Shown: piece by piece, positions 19,081-28,970 of the stretch | Layout of the letters: the number at the start of each line of letters is the position of its first letter | Position numbering within the stretch: position 1 is the first letter of the stretch | Sequence record: DRR723986_3079 | Direction: 5' to 3' (one strand) | DNA length: 55,415 nt | Notes under the pieces: generated by a model | Database searches by the model: none | Told to the model about the DNA's origin: nothing | What the model saw: only the letters and a program-made list of their open reading frames with translations | Made by a program: the position numbers and the translations under genes

Positions 19081-20151
19081 ATGTTGAAATCGATTGCCAA
19101 AGCTTCCCTCCTCGCCGCAGCGCTGACGCTGCCTCTTTCTCTCACTTCGGCCAGGGCCGAGGAAAAGACGGATTTCAAGGTCTGCTGGTCCATTTATGTC
19201 GGCTGGATGCCCTGGGGCTATCTGCAGGACAGTGGCCTCATGAAGAAATGGGCCGACAAGTACGACATCTCCGTCGAGATCGTTCAGATCAACGACTACG
19301 TGGAGTCCATCAATCAATACACCGCAGGAGAATATGACGGCTGCTCCATGACCAATATGGATGCCCTTTCGATCCCGGCTGGCGGCGGTGTCGATACGAC
19401 TGCGCTTATCGTCGGTGACTATTCCAACGGCAACGACGGCATCATCCTGAAGGACAAGTCCGAACTTGCCGATATCAAGGGACAAAGCGTCAACCTGGTG
19501 GAGCTTTCCGTCTCCCACTACCTGCTTGCACGTGCGCTCGACACGGTTGGTCTCAGTGAACAGGATTTGACGGTCGTCAATACCTCAGATGCAGACATGA
19601 TTGCTGCCTATCAGACGCCGGATGTCACGGCGGTGGTCACCTGGAATCCGCTCCTGTCTGAAATCGAAGCGGAAGCAAATGCCACCAAGGTGTTCGACAG
19701 CTCCGGCATTCCGGGCGAAATCATCGATATCATGATGGTCAATACCGAGACGCTTGCGGACAATCCTGCCTTCGGAAAAGCCCTTGTCGGAGCGTGGTAC
19801 GAGCTGATGGCGATCATGTCGTCAGACAGTGACGAAGGCGTTGCTGCACGCACCGCCATGGCCGAAGCCTCCGGCACGGACCTTGCCGGCTACGATGCGC
19901 AGCTCGCGACCACCAAGATGTTCTACACGCCCGCAGAGGCGGTCGCGTTCACCAAATCCGCAGAACTTCTCGAGACGATGAAATTCGTTGCCGAGTTCCT
20001 TTTCGACAAGGGCATTCTGGGTGAAGGAGCGCCCAGCCCTGAATTCGTCGGTGTCTCTTTCCCGGATGGATCGATCTATGGCGATACCGGAAACGTGAAA
20101 CTGAAATTCGACCCGAGTTTCATGACGATGGCAGCAGAAGGCACGCTCTAG
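19081..20151 (+). CDS. ABC substrate-binding protein, urea-carboxylase-associated type (probably binds guanidine)
   Basis: Signal peptide; WSIYVGWMPW, INDYVESINQYTAG, DYSNGNDGI, VELSVSHYLL. Confidence 0.88.
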   Translation: MLKSIAKASLLAAALTLPLSLTSARAEEKTDFKVCWSIYVGWMPWGYLQDSGLMKKWADKYDISVEIVQINDYVESINQYTAGEYDGCSMTNMDALSIPAGGGVDTTALIVGDYSNGNDGIILKDKSELADIKGQSVNLVELSVSHYLLARALDTVGLSEQDLTVVNTSDADMIAAYQTPDVTAVVTWNPLLSEIEAEANATKVFDSSGIPGEIIDIMMVNTETLADNPAFGKALVGAWYELMAIMSSDSDEGVAARTAMAEASGTDLAGYDAQLATTKMFYTPAEAVAFTKSAELLETMKFVAEFLFDKGILGEGAPSPEFVGVSFPDGSIYGDTGNVKLKFDPSFMTMAAEGTL

Positions 20152-20223
20152 GCTTCCTTTGCTGATCCGGTGTTCCGGCGCCTCGGCGCCGGAGCCGCAG
20201 CCATAGACTGATCGGACCGTTTC

Positions 20224-21045
20224 ATGCGTATCATCAACCGGAAACCCTCCCGGGTCACCGCCCTGGCGCTTGGGCTCCTGCCTTTCGTGCTGACATTGGT
20301 CGCCTACGCGATTGCCAGCCATTATCGCCGGCTCGACAATCCGGCGGACAAGCTTCTCCCCTCCATCACCAGCATGGGAGAAGCCTTCTGGCGCATGGCG
20401 GCAGTGCCGGACCGGAGGTCGGGAGACCTTCTGCTCTGGTTGGATACTTTCGACAGTCTCTGGCGTCTTGGGACAGGGATGGCAGTGTCGACGCTTCTGG
20501 CAATCTCCCTTGGCATTGCAATCGGCTTCATTCCCCATATCCGAAGCGGACTGGCACCTTATCTCGCGACATTCTCGCTGATACCGCCGATCACCATCCT
20601 GCCGATCCTGTTCATCACCTTCGGTCTTGGCGAACTCGCGAAAATCGCCCTGATCGTGATCGGAACGGCACCGGTGATGATCCGTTCCACGGCCCAGGCG
20701 GTTCTGGACATTCCGCGGGAGATGATCATCAAGGCGGAAACACTTGGGGCCAGCGTCTTGCAAATGGTTACGCGGCTCGTGTTGCCGCAGGTGCTTCCGC
20801 ACCTGATCACCAGCCTGCGGCTTTCTCTCGTGCCAGCGTGGATCTTTCTGATTTCAGCCGAGGCCATCGCCTCCACGTCAGGGCTTGGGTACCGGATTTT
20901 CCTGGTGCGTCGCTATCTCGCGATGGATGTGATCCTGCCTTACGTCGTCTGGATCACGCTGCTGGCCTTCCTGCTCGACAGAGCCCTGCTCCTCCTGTCG
21001 CGCCGCGCTTTTCGCTGGCACCATCTGGGAGGTGACGCGCTATGA
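20224..21045 (+). CDS. ABC permease (TauC/SsuC type)
   Basis: Hydrophobic helices; KAETLGAS loop; SAEAIASTSGLGYRIFLVRRYLAMD. Confidence 0.9.
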   Translation: MRIINRKPSRVTALALGLLPFVLTLVAYAIASHYRRLDNPADKLLPSITSMGEAFWRMAAVPDRRSGDLLLWLDTFDSLWRLGTGMAVSTLLAISLGIAIGFIPHIRSGLAPYLATFSLIPPITILPILFITFGLGELAKIALIVIGTAPVMIRSTAQAVLDIPREMIIKAETLGASVLQMVTRLVLPQVLPHLITSLRLSLVPAWIFLISAEAIASTSGLGYRIFLVRRYLAMDVILPYVVWITLLAFLLDRALLLLSRRAFRWHHLGGDAL

Positions 21046-21884
21046 ACACTGCGTCCAAACTCTCGGTCCAGAACCTGGCAAAGTTATACGACGGCGTGCC
21101 TGTTCTCGAACGGGTCAACCTGGAAGTCCAGACCGGGTCTTTTTGCACGATCGTTGGAGCATCCGGCTGCGGAAAATCGACATTCCTGCGGATGCTGCTT
21201 TCCCAGGAACATCCAAGCCGTGGACAGATCCTCCTGGACGGCGCTCGCTTGCCACTTGAGCCGACACCCGATCGCGGGATCGTCTTCCAGAAATACTCGG
21301 TGTTTTCGCATCTGACCGTGGCTGAAAACCTCATCCTTGCGCAAGAGTTTGAATCGTCGCGCTGGACCGGGCGGCTTTTTGGTACTTCCCGCAAGGCGGC
21401 TTTTGGATCGTCCGACGACCTGCTTGACAGGATCGGGCTGCGACCAGCGGCAAACAAGTATCCGGCGCAGCTGTCCGGTGGCATGCAGCAACGTCTCGCG
21501 ATCGCCCAGGCCTTGATCAAGAAGCCAAGCATCCTGCTGCTCGACGAGCCTTTCGGCGCGCTAGACCCGGGTATACGCGTCGATATGCATGAATTGCTTC
21601 TGGGGCTCTGGAAAGAGTTGTCCATGACGGTTTTCATGGTGACGCACGATATTCACGAGGCCTTCAAGCTCGGCACGCGTCTGCTGGTGTTCGACAAGAT
21701 CCGCCACGACCCTCAAGCGCCACAAGCCTACGGCGCGACCATCACCTACGACCTGCCACTCAAATCGCCAACAGGAGCATCCTTGCGGTCTCCGGAGGCC
21801 ATCGCAGGTGCAATCGGCGCCCCACAGTCAAACAAGCCCACTCCGTCTTTCCAAAGCATCCATACCCCAAACAATCAGGAATGA
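21042..21884 (+). CDS. ABC ATP-binding protein
   Basis: GASGCGKST, LSGGMQQR, LLLDEPFGALD. Confidence 0.93.
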   Translation: MNTASKLSVQNLAKLYDGVPVLERVNLEVQTGSFCTIVGASGCGKSTFLRMLLSQEHPSRGQILLDGARLPLEPTPDRGIVFQKYSVFSHLTVAENLILAQEFESSRWTGRLFGTSRKAAFGSSDDLLDRIGLRPAANKYPAQLSGGMQQRLAIAQALIKKPSILLLDEPFGALDPGIRVDMHELLLGLWKELSMTVFMVTHDIHEAFKLGTRLLVFDKIRHDPQAPQAYGATITYDLPLKSPTGASLRSPEAIAGAIGAPQSNKPTPSFQSIHTPNNQE

Positions 21885-21894
21885 GGACCATCCC

Positions 21895-23133
21895 ATGAGT
21901 TTCAATCGAGCCTCAGGCCCCAGGACGCACCACCTTGCCGCAGGTCATTTCACCCGAGCCCCCAACCGAAGACAGCATCATCCTGACTTCGACAAACTGC
22001 AATTGCGGGGTTGGAAGGCCGCTGAAAAGGAAGGTGCCCTGCCCTCTGCCGCGTGGGAAAAGGAAAAAGCCTGGGCACTGCGAATGGGATTGACAGGATC
22101 GGATAGTCTCACCGACAAATCGATCCCGACCTTTGCCCGTGGAGAACTGCCCCACTATGCGGGGATCAACACCTTCCTGAAGGCGCCCTATATCGAGGAT
22201 GTGACAAAGGTCGGGGCTTATGATGCGGCCGTCATCGGCATCCCTTTCGATGGGGGCACCACTTACAGACCTGGTACACGGTTCGGGCCGCAAGGAGTTC
22301 GGAAGATTTCCGCGCTCTACACGCCCTACAACTACGAGATGGGTGTCGATCTTCGGGAACAGATGACGCTTTGCGATGTCGGTGACATCTTCACCATTCC
22401 TGCCAATATCGAGAAGACGTTCGACCAGATTACGCGGGCGGTCTCGCACGTCGCATCGTCCGGAGCCTTGCCGATCATGATCGGCGGCGATCATTCAATC
22501 GGATTTCCTTGCGTACGCGGGATTGCCCAGTGCACGTCCAAGCGCATTGGTATCGTGCATTTCGACCGGCATATCGACATTCAGGAAAAGGACCTGGATG
22601 AGCGGATGCATACGACGCCCTGGTTCCATGCGACCGATCTCGTCAACGTTCCGGCCGTCAATCTGGTCCAGATCGGAATTGGTGGCTGGCAGGTTCCGCG
22701 AGAAGGGGTGGAAGTTGCCCGGGAGCGGAATACCAACATCTTTACCATGCGCGATGTTGAGGAACTGGGATTGGCGGAAACGGCCGCACGGGCGCTGGAA
22801 CTGGCATGGAAGGACGCAGATGCAGTCTATATCTCGTTCGATATCGACAGTGTCGACTGCGGCTTCGTGCCCGGTACCGGCTGGCCGGAACCAGGTGGCT
22901 TCCTGCCGAGAGAGGCACTTGAGCTGGTGTCGCTGGTCGCGAAGGAAGGCATCTGCGGTCTGGAGGTCGTAGAAGTTTCACCACCTTACGATTGCTCCGA
23001 CATCACAGCCCTTCTGGCAACTCGGGTGATTGTAGATGTTCTCGGGACCCTGGTTTCCCATGGAAAAATGGGTTCGCATAAATCCATCATCGACAAGCCG
23101 GTGTCCATTCCGGCCGGTCCGGACGTGGAGTAA
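21895..23133 (+). CDS. gdmH: Guanidine hydrolase (ureohydrolase family, Ni-dependent GdmH-like)
   Basis: N-terminal extension with TFARGELPHYAGINTF; GGDHS, HFDRHID, SFDIDSVD, PGTGWPEPGG; riboswitch context; start at the ATG at 21895 after GAGGA. Confidence 0.85.
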   Translation: MSFNRASGPRTHHLAAGHFTRAPNRRQHHPDFDKLQLRGWKAAEKEGALPSAAWEKEKAWALRMGLTGSDSLTDKSIPTFARGELPHYAGINTFLKAPYIEDVTKVGAYDAAVIGIPFDGGTTYRPGTRFGPQGVRKISALYTPYNYEMGVDLREQMTLCDVGDIFTIPANIEKTFDQITRAVSHVASSGALPIMIGGDHSIGFPCVRGIAQCTSKRIGIVHFDRHIDIQEKDLDERMHTTPWFHATDLVNVPAVNLVQIGIGGWQVPREGVEVARERNTNIFTMRDVEELGLAETAARALELAWKDADAVYISFDIDSVDCGFVPGTGWPEPGGFLPREALELVSLVAKEGICGLEVVEVSPPYDCSDITALLATRVIVDVLGTLVSHGKMGSHKSIIDKPVSIPAGPDVE

Positions 23134-23137
23134 GGCG

Positions 23138-23650
23138 ATGGCGCGACATCATCGCGGGCACGATCACCATGTTCACCACGATCATGAACATGGTCATCAC
23201 CACCACCACCACACACATGACCACGATCATGGAAGTCTCGCCGGACATAATCACGTGGGCCCGGACCATCTGCATTCTCATGTTCATGGGGCCTCGCATG
23301 CGGACCGGGCCGAAGAACTGCAGGCACTTGCGGTGAGCTTCATCGACGGCTTTCGGGCTGCCGACGACAAGACCAGTTACCTGCGTCTTGCAGGCGTCCC
23401 GTTTCACCGCCCCGGTGCCGATGGTCTCATACAGCACCTTGTCGACGCAAAGATCGTCAGCAATTGGCAGGTCGGCACAGCCTCGCCGGCCTTTGCTTCC
23501 CGAGAACTCGTCTACATGAGTTTTCCAGGTTCAATGGTCCAAGCCCGGGAAACCATGACCTTCACCTTTGTATCCCTGTCGCAACGGTCAGACATTGACC
23601 TCATCGACATCCTCACCACTCGTCTGGCCCATGGAGATATCGCAGAATGA
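23138..23650 (+). CDS. His-rich protein of unknown function, candidate Ni chaperone
   Basis: 25 His in the first 54 aa, then a ~115-aa globular domain; starts 4 nt after the gdmH stop. Confidence 0.8.
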   Translation: MARHHRGHDHHVHHDHEHGHHHHHHTHDHDHGSLAGHNHVGPDHLHSHVHGASHADRAEELQALAVSFIDGFRAADDKTSYLRLAGVPFHRPGADGLIQHLVDAKIVSNWQVGTASPAFASRELVYMSFPGSMVQARETMTFTFVSLSQRSDIDLIDILTTRLAHGDIAE

Positions 23651-23880
23651 AACAGCTTTTGATGACGTCAATTCTTGCCTTGGCATCCACCCCTGCATTT
23701 GCACACCCTGGTGCGCACGATCATCTGACCGGTTGGCAAGGCGCAGGTGAGCATCTGCTTGGCTCGCCATTTCATCAGCTGCTGCTCGTCGTGGCTGTTA
23801 GCGGGCTGGTTCTGGCCGTTTCCCTGGTCCGGAAATCGAAAAAAACCACGAGGAAACAGCCTGTAGAACGCAGGTCCTGA
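23647..23880 (+). CDS. Small HupE/UreJ-N-terminus-like membrane protein
   Basis: Signal peptide ending AFA, then HPGAHDH, HLLGSPFH, one TM helix and a basic tail; ATGA overlap. Confidence 0.65.
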   Translation: MKQLLMTSILALASTPAFAHPGAHDHLTGWQGAGEHLLGSPFHQLLLVVAVSGLVLAVSLVRKSKKTTRKQPVERRS

Positions 23881-23924
23881 GGGTCTCTCTCGTTAAAGCG
23901 GGGCCCTTGATACCAACCGAGGTG

Positions 23925-25883
23925 TCAGAGCCCCGCCAAAGTGCTTTTGGAATGATCCGAGAAGAACAGGGTCGTTATGTCGTCGATCGCCATCGGACCG
24001 CCGAACAGGTAGCCTTGGCCGATGGTGCAGCCGATATCGACCAGTACATCGCGTTGCTCGACTGTCTCGATGCCTTCGATCAAGACCTGAGAGCCCATGG
24101 TTTCGGCAATACCAAGGACCATCTTGAGAATATCGCGAATTTTCTTGTCCTTGACCGCCTTGGTGGCAAACGACCTGTCGATCTTGATTTCGTCCCAGTC
24201 AAAGTCCGTCAGGTAAGACAGGGCGGAATAACCGACGCCAAAGTCATCCAGCGAAATGCCGATACCCAATGATCGCAACTCAACGAGTGTCGTCTGAATG
24301 CGGCGCAGATCGCTCATCAGGGTTGTTTCGGTCACTTCCAGTTTCAGCCTGGAGGCTGGCAGACCGGTCCGACCGAGGCATTCGTCGAGCATTGCAACGA
24401 CGTCGTCGCTCAGAATTTGCGCAACAGAAAGGTTGACCGACAGGCTCAGGTCCGATGGCAACAACTGTACTTCCGAACACGATGTTTCCAGGATCTTCCA
24501 TCCCAGCGATACGATATCGCCATTGCGTTCAGCGATCGGGATGAATTCCGAGGGGGAAATCCAGCCCAGTTCGGAATGGTACCAGCGTGCCAAAGCTTCC
24601 ACGCCGAAGATACGTCCGGTCATGAGATTGAACTGAGGCTGGAAGTGCGGAAGGCATTCGTTCGCCTCAATGGCGCGGGCAAGTGCGTTTTCGACGATTG
24701 TACGCCGTTCAATTTCCGCGCGCATGGCCGGTTGGTAGGTCACGACGCGGCGGCGGCTGTGGCTGACGGCATTACCAACCGCGAGATCCGCATTGCGAAT
24801 GATGTCGGTGGCATCTCGCTCGACGGTGGTTGAATCCGCATAGCCGATAGCTGGTGAAATCAGGAAGGATCCGAGTGCCGTTGGGACCGGGCGCAGGAAG
24901 ATGTCGTGGATCCGGTTTGCGACGACAGAAGCAGTCAGCCCAACCTCTTCATCACTTACAGTCATGAGGAGAAATCCCTTGCCTCCTGAGCGGGCAAGGC
25001 AATTTACACCTTCCATCCGGTCTACCGCGTGACGCAACAGGTCCGCAGTCGATGCCAGGATAGCTTCCTCCGTTACAAGACTGAACTTGTTGATAGCCGG
25101 CAGTCTGGACTCCAGATCGATGTTGAGAATGCTCAAGGTCTGATCAGGAGCAAGTGTATCGTGCGTAGAGCGCACGATCTCTGCAAAGACACGGGAATTT
25201 ACCAGGCCTGTAACACTGTCGTGGTCCAGCCGGTGCTCCAGAAGCCTGGTTTGCTCGCGAGTTGCCTCTGCCTGTCCTTGCAGCACCTGGCTGCGCTTGT
25301 TGGAGAACCAGATCCATCCAAGGCTGACCAGAAGGAAAACAACAACGAGCGCGTCCTGTACAATCTGGTGGAAATGAAAGCTCTTTCTCGCCGCCGACAT
25401 TTGCTTGGCAGCTTCCTGGGTCACCATCTGATTGATTTGTTGAAGGGAACTTCCTATCCCCTGCAGGATGATCAGTGCATTGCTCACGGAGGTCTGGTCA
25501 TCGAGCGTATCCAGGAACGGTTTCACCCGGTTGCTCGTACGAACGATGTGAACCAGTTTGTCCTGGATGTAGTCCGACGGCCCCACAATTTCGCTATAGG
25601 CGTCGCTGGGCCACGTTTCGAAGGCGTTCAGCAGTGCTTCGTAGGTTTTTCCAGCCTCTGCAGCATCTTCCGGGCTTTTCAAGGCACTGTACCGTGCAAT
25701 CAGTTTTTCCAGGGCTGTAGTGTTAAAGCGCAGCGTGTCGTTGAGGACCGAACGTTCCAACTGATCCTTGTGAAGGTAGTCGGCTTGCGCGCTATAGAGC
25801 GAGTAGGCGTTTACACCGAGCAAAAGTGTAAGGGAGGCGCAAAGCGCCGGAAATCCTATTCGCAACAGTTTATCAAAAATCAT
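23925..25883 (-). CDS. Membrane-anchored degenerate-GGDEF/EAL c-di-GMP phosphodiesterase
   Basis: Two TM segments; GGKGF in place of GGDEF; VEALARW, DDFGVGYS, KIDRSF, EGIET. Confidence 0.88.
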   Translation of the reverse strand: MIFDKLLRIGFPALCASLTLLLGVNAYSLYSAQADYLHKDQLERSVLNDTLRFNTTALEKLIARYSALKSPEDAAEAGKTYEALLNAFETWPSDAYSEIVGPSDYIQDKLVHIVRTSNRVKPFLDTLDDQTSVSNALIILQGIGSSLQQINQMVTQEAAKQMSAARKSFHFHQIVQDALVVVFLLVSLGWIWFSNKRSQVLQGQAEATREQTRLLEHRLDHDSVTGLVNSRVFAEIVRSTHDTLAPDQTLSILNIDLESRLPAINKFSLVTEEAILASTADLLRHAVDRMEGVNCLARSGGKGFLLMTVSDEEVGLTASVVANRIHDIFLRPVPTALGSFLISPAIGYADSTTVERDATDIIRNADLAVGNAVSHSRRRVVTYQPAMRAEIERRTIVENALARAIEANECLPHFQPQFNLMTGRIFGVEALARWYHSELGWISPSEFIPIAERNGDIVSLGWKILETSCSEVQLLPSDLSLSVNLSVAQILSDDVVAMLDECLGRTGLPASRLKLEVTETTLMSDLRRIQTTLVELRSLGIGISLDDFGVGYSALSYLTDFDWDEIKIDRSFATKAVKDKKIRDILKMVLGIAETMGSQVLIEGIETVEQRDVLVDIGCTIGQGYLFGGPMAIDDITTLFFSDHSKSTLAGL

Positions 25884-26353
25884 TGGCTCAACCGCCTTGA
25901 TGACAGATTACACCGCCCCAATTGGAGCTTATCGATAGTCCTCTCCGGCCCAATGTCTCTGTCACAGACGAACCGGTGCCCCCCGGCTTGCCATTTCCGG
26001 TATCAGCGGCAGGCCATCTACCTGCTGCGCTGGACCAGCGGTGGATTACGCCCGATTGTTAGCGCCGCAAACTTTCACGAAACTTGCGAGTAAAAAACGG
26101 TTGTAGACCCCGATCGCGGAAAGATCTTTCTGCCCTTCAATCCACGATGTAGGAATTTAGACCCGACAACGGTTAAGACCGTCTAAATGCCAAAAGACGC
26201 AACGTAAATTATGCTTGGTTTTGCGGTGGATAACGGGGATGGGCACAAGATTGCTGTCATGTTGCCATTGTTTACCCAAGGTTGTCTTGACGCGCTCATT
26301 CCAACACGAAATCCTGCAGCTGAATCGTGAAATCGTGTTGGGAGCGGGTGCAA

Positions 26354-28003
26354 ATGCCGATCTTAAGGACACTCCGAGATGGGCTTACGCCAACCGGGCT
26401 CATAGTAGCGGCCAGTTTCTTCGGTGCCGCACTGACGCCGTCGATGATGCCGAGGGAACCAATTGTACAAGCGACCCTCGCCGCCGTGGCAGCGACGTTT
26501 GGCTATGAGGTGACCCTTCTGGCAAGGAGTGTCTGGCGTTATCTGGAGTTGCCGGAGCCCAAGGGACGTTTGTGGACACTCTGGCTCCTTGCCGCTTGCG
26601 GTATCAGTCTTGCGATCATGGTCTACAGTCTGTCGAAAGCTGCCAGTTGGCAGAACGCGACCCGTGAAGCTGTTGGTTTGCCGCCGCTCGAGAGCGCAGC
26701 GCCGTTCTTCATCGTCACTGTTGGCGTGTTGATCGCACTTTGCTTGTGGCTGGTTTTCCGGGTTGCAGGTGCCTTGCGTAGAACCGTCGCTGTTGTTCTG
26801 GACAAGATGCTTCCAAGGCGCGTCGGCGTGGTCCTGTCCATCGTTCTTGTTGGCTGGTTCCTGTGGGCACTTGTCGATGGAGCCCTTGTACGTAATGCGT
26901 TTCGTATGGCCGATACGTCTTTTCTGGCTGCAGACCTGCTTCTTGAACCTGATATTGAAAAACCTGCTGATCCCGAAAAAACCGGCAGTACCCGGTCGCT
27001 GGTCAAATGGGAGGAGATGGGGCGTTGGGGTCGTCACTATGTCGCGACCGCTCCGACTGCAGCAGAAATTTCCGAATTCTGGCCGGATAAAGCCGTTGAT
27101 CCTATCAGGGTCTATGTTGGACGAAGGTCTGGCGACACCGCAGAAGAACGTGCCCAACTCGCTTTGCAGGAACTGATCCGCGTTGGGGGGTTCGACCGGT
27201 CGGTTCTTGTGGTCGTGGTACCACCCGGCACCGGTTGGATGGACCCGGGAGCTCACGACACAATCGATTTCATGCTTGGCGGTGATGTGGCGACGGTGGC
27301 TGTCCAATATTCCTATCTGACCAGTTTTCTAGCGCTGCTTGCCCATCCAGACTACGGGGTAGATCAGGCTCGAGCCCTTTTCAACGCAGTCTATGCCCAC
27401 TGGACGCAGCTGCCCAAAGACAGTCGACCGGAGCTTTATGTTCACGGGCTCAGCCAGGGGGCCTTCAACTCCCAGGCAACACTTCCTCTGTTTGACATGC
27501 TGGGTGACCCGATCCAGGGCGCCTTTTGGGCTGGGTCTCCTTTCTTTTCGCGCTATTGGTCGGAGGTCCGGGATCGGCGGAAGGCTGACAGTCCGGCATG
27601 GCGTCCGAACTATGGAAACGGCTCGCTTGTCCGGGTGATGGATCAATATGGCGGACTGGAGGGGAACTATGCGCCCTGGGGGCCAATTCGTGCGGTGTTT
27701 CTGAATTATGGCAGCGACCCTATCGTGAACTTCACGTTCGATTCGGGTTTCAGGCCGCCAGCCTGGATGGCCTCACCGCGTGCGCCGGATGTTTCAGAAA
27801 AACTGTCCTGGTTTCCCGTGGTGACAATGCTTCAGATTGCGCTGGATTCCATGTTTGCGCTGGATGTTCCCAGATACGGGCACTACTACATTGCGCCTGA
27901 TTACATCGACGGATGGGCTGCAGTTGTCGATCCGGACGGCTGGTCACCAGAAAGAGCGGAAGCGCTGAAAAAGATATTCGAGCGCCGTGATCCTGCGATC
28001 TAA
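26354..28003 (+). CDS. Membrane alpha/beta-hydrolase family protein (Abhydrolase_9-like)
   Basis: ALTPSMMPR, N-terminal TMs, PGTGWMD, QYSYL, LYVHGLSQG, SDPIV. Confidence 0.8.
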   Translation: MPILRTLRDGLTPTGLIVAASFFGAALTPSMMPREPIVQATLAAVAATFGYEVTLLARSVWRYLELPEPKGRLWTLWLLAACGISLAIMVYSLSKAASWQNATREAVGLPPLESAAPFFIVTVGVLIALCLWLVFRVAGALRRTVAVVLDKMLPRRVGVVLSIVLVGWFLWALVDGALVRNAFRMADTSFLAADLLLEPDIEKPADPEKTGSTRSLVKWEEMGRWGRHYVATAPTAAEISEFWPDKAVDPIRVYVGRRSGDTAEERAQLALQELIRVGGFDRSVLVVVVPPGTGWMDPGAHDTIDFMLGGDVATVAVQYSYLTSFLALLAHPDYGVDQARALFNAVYAHWTQLPKDSRPELYVHGLSQGAFNSQATLPLFDMLGDPIQGAFWAGSPFFSRYWSEVRDRRKADSPAWRPNYGNGSLVRVMDQYGGLEGNYAPWGPIRAVFLNYGSDPIVNFTFDSGFRPPAWMASPRAPDVSEKLSWFPVVTMLQIALDSMFALDVPRYGHYYIAPDYIDGWAAVVDPDGWSPERAEALKKIFERRDPAI

Positions 28004-28025
28004 CGCCCGGAACCAATTGGTTCGA

Positions 28026-28970
28026 CTATCGATTTTCCAGGAAGCTGGCCAGGCCACGCTTGAAGGTTTCTCCGGCTGGTTCTGCTGCTTTCACGATGTC
28101 CGCGACCTTGAAGAATTCCATGGTCTTGAAACGGCCAACTGGCGGTTCAATCAACAAATCAGGTTGATTGCAGGCCAATTTGGCGGCGACCAATGAGTGA
28201 AGGGTGATCGAGAACGAGCCGATCCAGGTTTCCAGGCCGGTTGGAAGCCCGCTTTTTCGCTCTTCGAAATTGCTGCCAGTAACATCGACAGCGACTGTCG
28301 GAACGCCGTCGTCCTGAAAGACATCGAATGGTGTCGGGTTGACGAAGCCCCCGTCTATCAAAACCTGGCCGTCTATCCTGACAGGCGTCAAAAGCATGGG
28401 GAGAGCGGACGAGGCTGCAATTGCAGGCAGCAAGGGCCCCTCCTCCAGAACCACCTGCGACTGGGTGTAAAAATCCGTCGCAACGATCTTCATTGGAAGT
28501 TTCAAATCCGAGAACTGCTCGGCCAGGTCTTCAGGAAACACCGTTTCGAAAAGAACGATGGGATCGATAATCGCCGGACGGACAACATTGAAGAGCGACG
28601 ACCAGGTTCGGCCATCCTTCAGAAACAGCTTTTGAAGCAATTGCGTTTTCTGGGTGAAGAGATCAACTGCAAACTGTCGGATCTCTCGACCGCTCATACC
28701 GCTGGCGTAAAAAGCACCCAGGATCGACCCCATTGATGTCCCGGCAATTTCGACGGGTTTGACACCCAGGTCATCCATCGCTTCCAGAATGGGAATGTGA
28801 GCGAATGCCTTTGCGGCTCCGCCACCAAGGGCCAGACGGAACCCCTGGGCAGAGCTGCGGCTGTGTGTCGTCATTTCTGCCTCTGGGGCACTGCTGGCAG
28901 AGGCCAAGCGAGCCATGCTGCCAGATCCAGCAGCGGCCGCGGCGAGCATCAGTTCTCGTCTGCGGATCAT
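28026..28970 (-). CDS. Patatin-like phospholipase
   Basis: ALGGGAAK, GTSMG, LIDGG; start uncertain. Confidence 0.88.
   Translation of the reverse strand: MIRRRELMLAAAAAGSGSMARLASASSAPEAEMTTHSRSSAQGFRLALGGGAAKAFAHIPILEAMDDLGVKPVEIAGTSMGSILGAFYASGMSGREIRQFAVDLFTQKTQLLQKLFLKDGRTWSSLFNVVRPAIIDPIVLFETVFPEDLAEQFSDLKLPMKIVATDFYTQSQVVLEEGPLLPAIAASSALPMLLTPVRIDGQVLIDGGFVNPTPFDVFQDDGVPTVAVDVTGSNFEERKSGLPTGLETWIGSFSITLHSLVAAKLACNQPDLLIEPPVGRFKTMEFFKVADIVKAAEPAGETFKRGLASFLENR

Noticed and set aside
21895-23133. Ordinary agmatinase (speB)
   Set aside because: The N-terminal extension, PGTGWPEPGG and the guanidine riboswitch fit GdmH better
23190-23212. CAC repeat as a phase-variable tract
   Set aside because: In-frame His codons; slippage would not shift the frame
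25029-26093. Long antisense ORFs (also 19822-20802, 29221-30330, 30219-31337, 40087-41190)
   Set aside because: Shadows of well-supported genes on the opposite strand in GC-rich DNA, with no motifs
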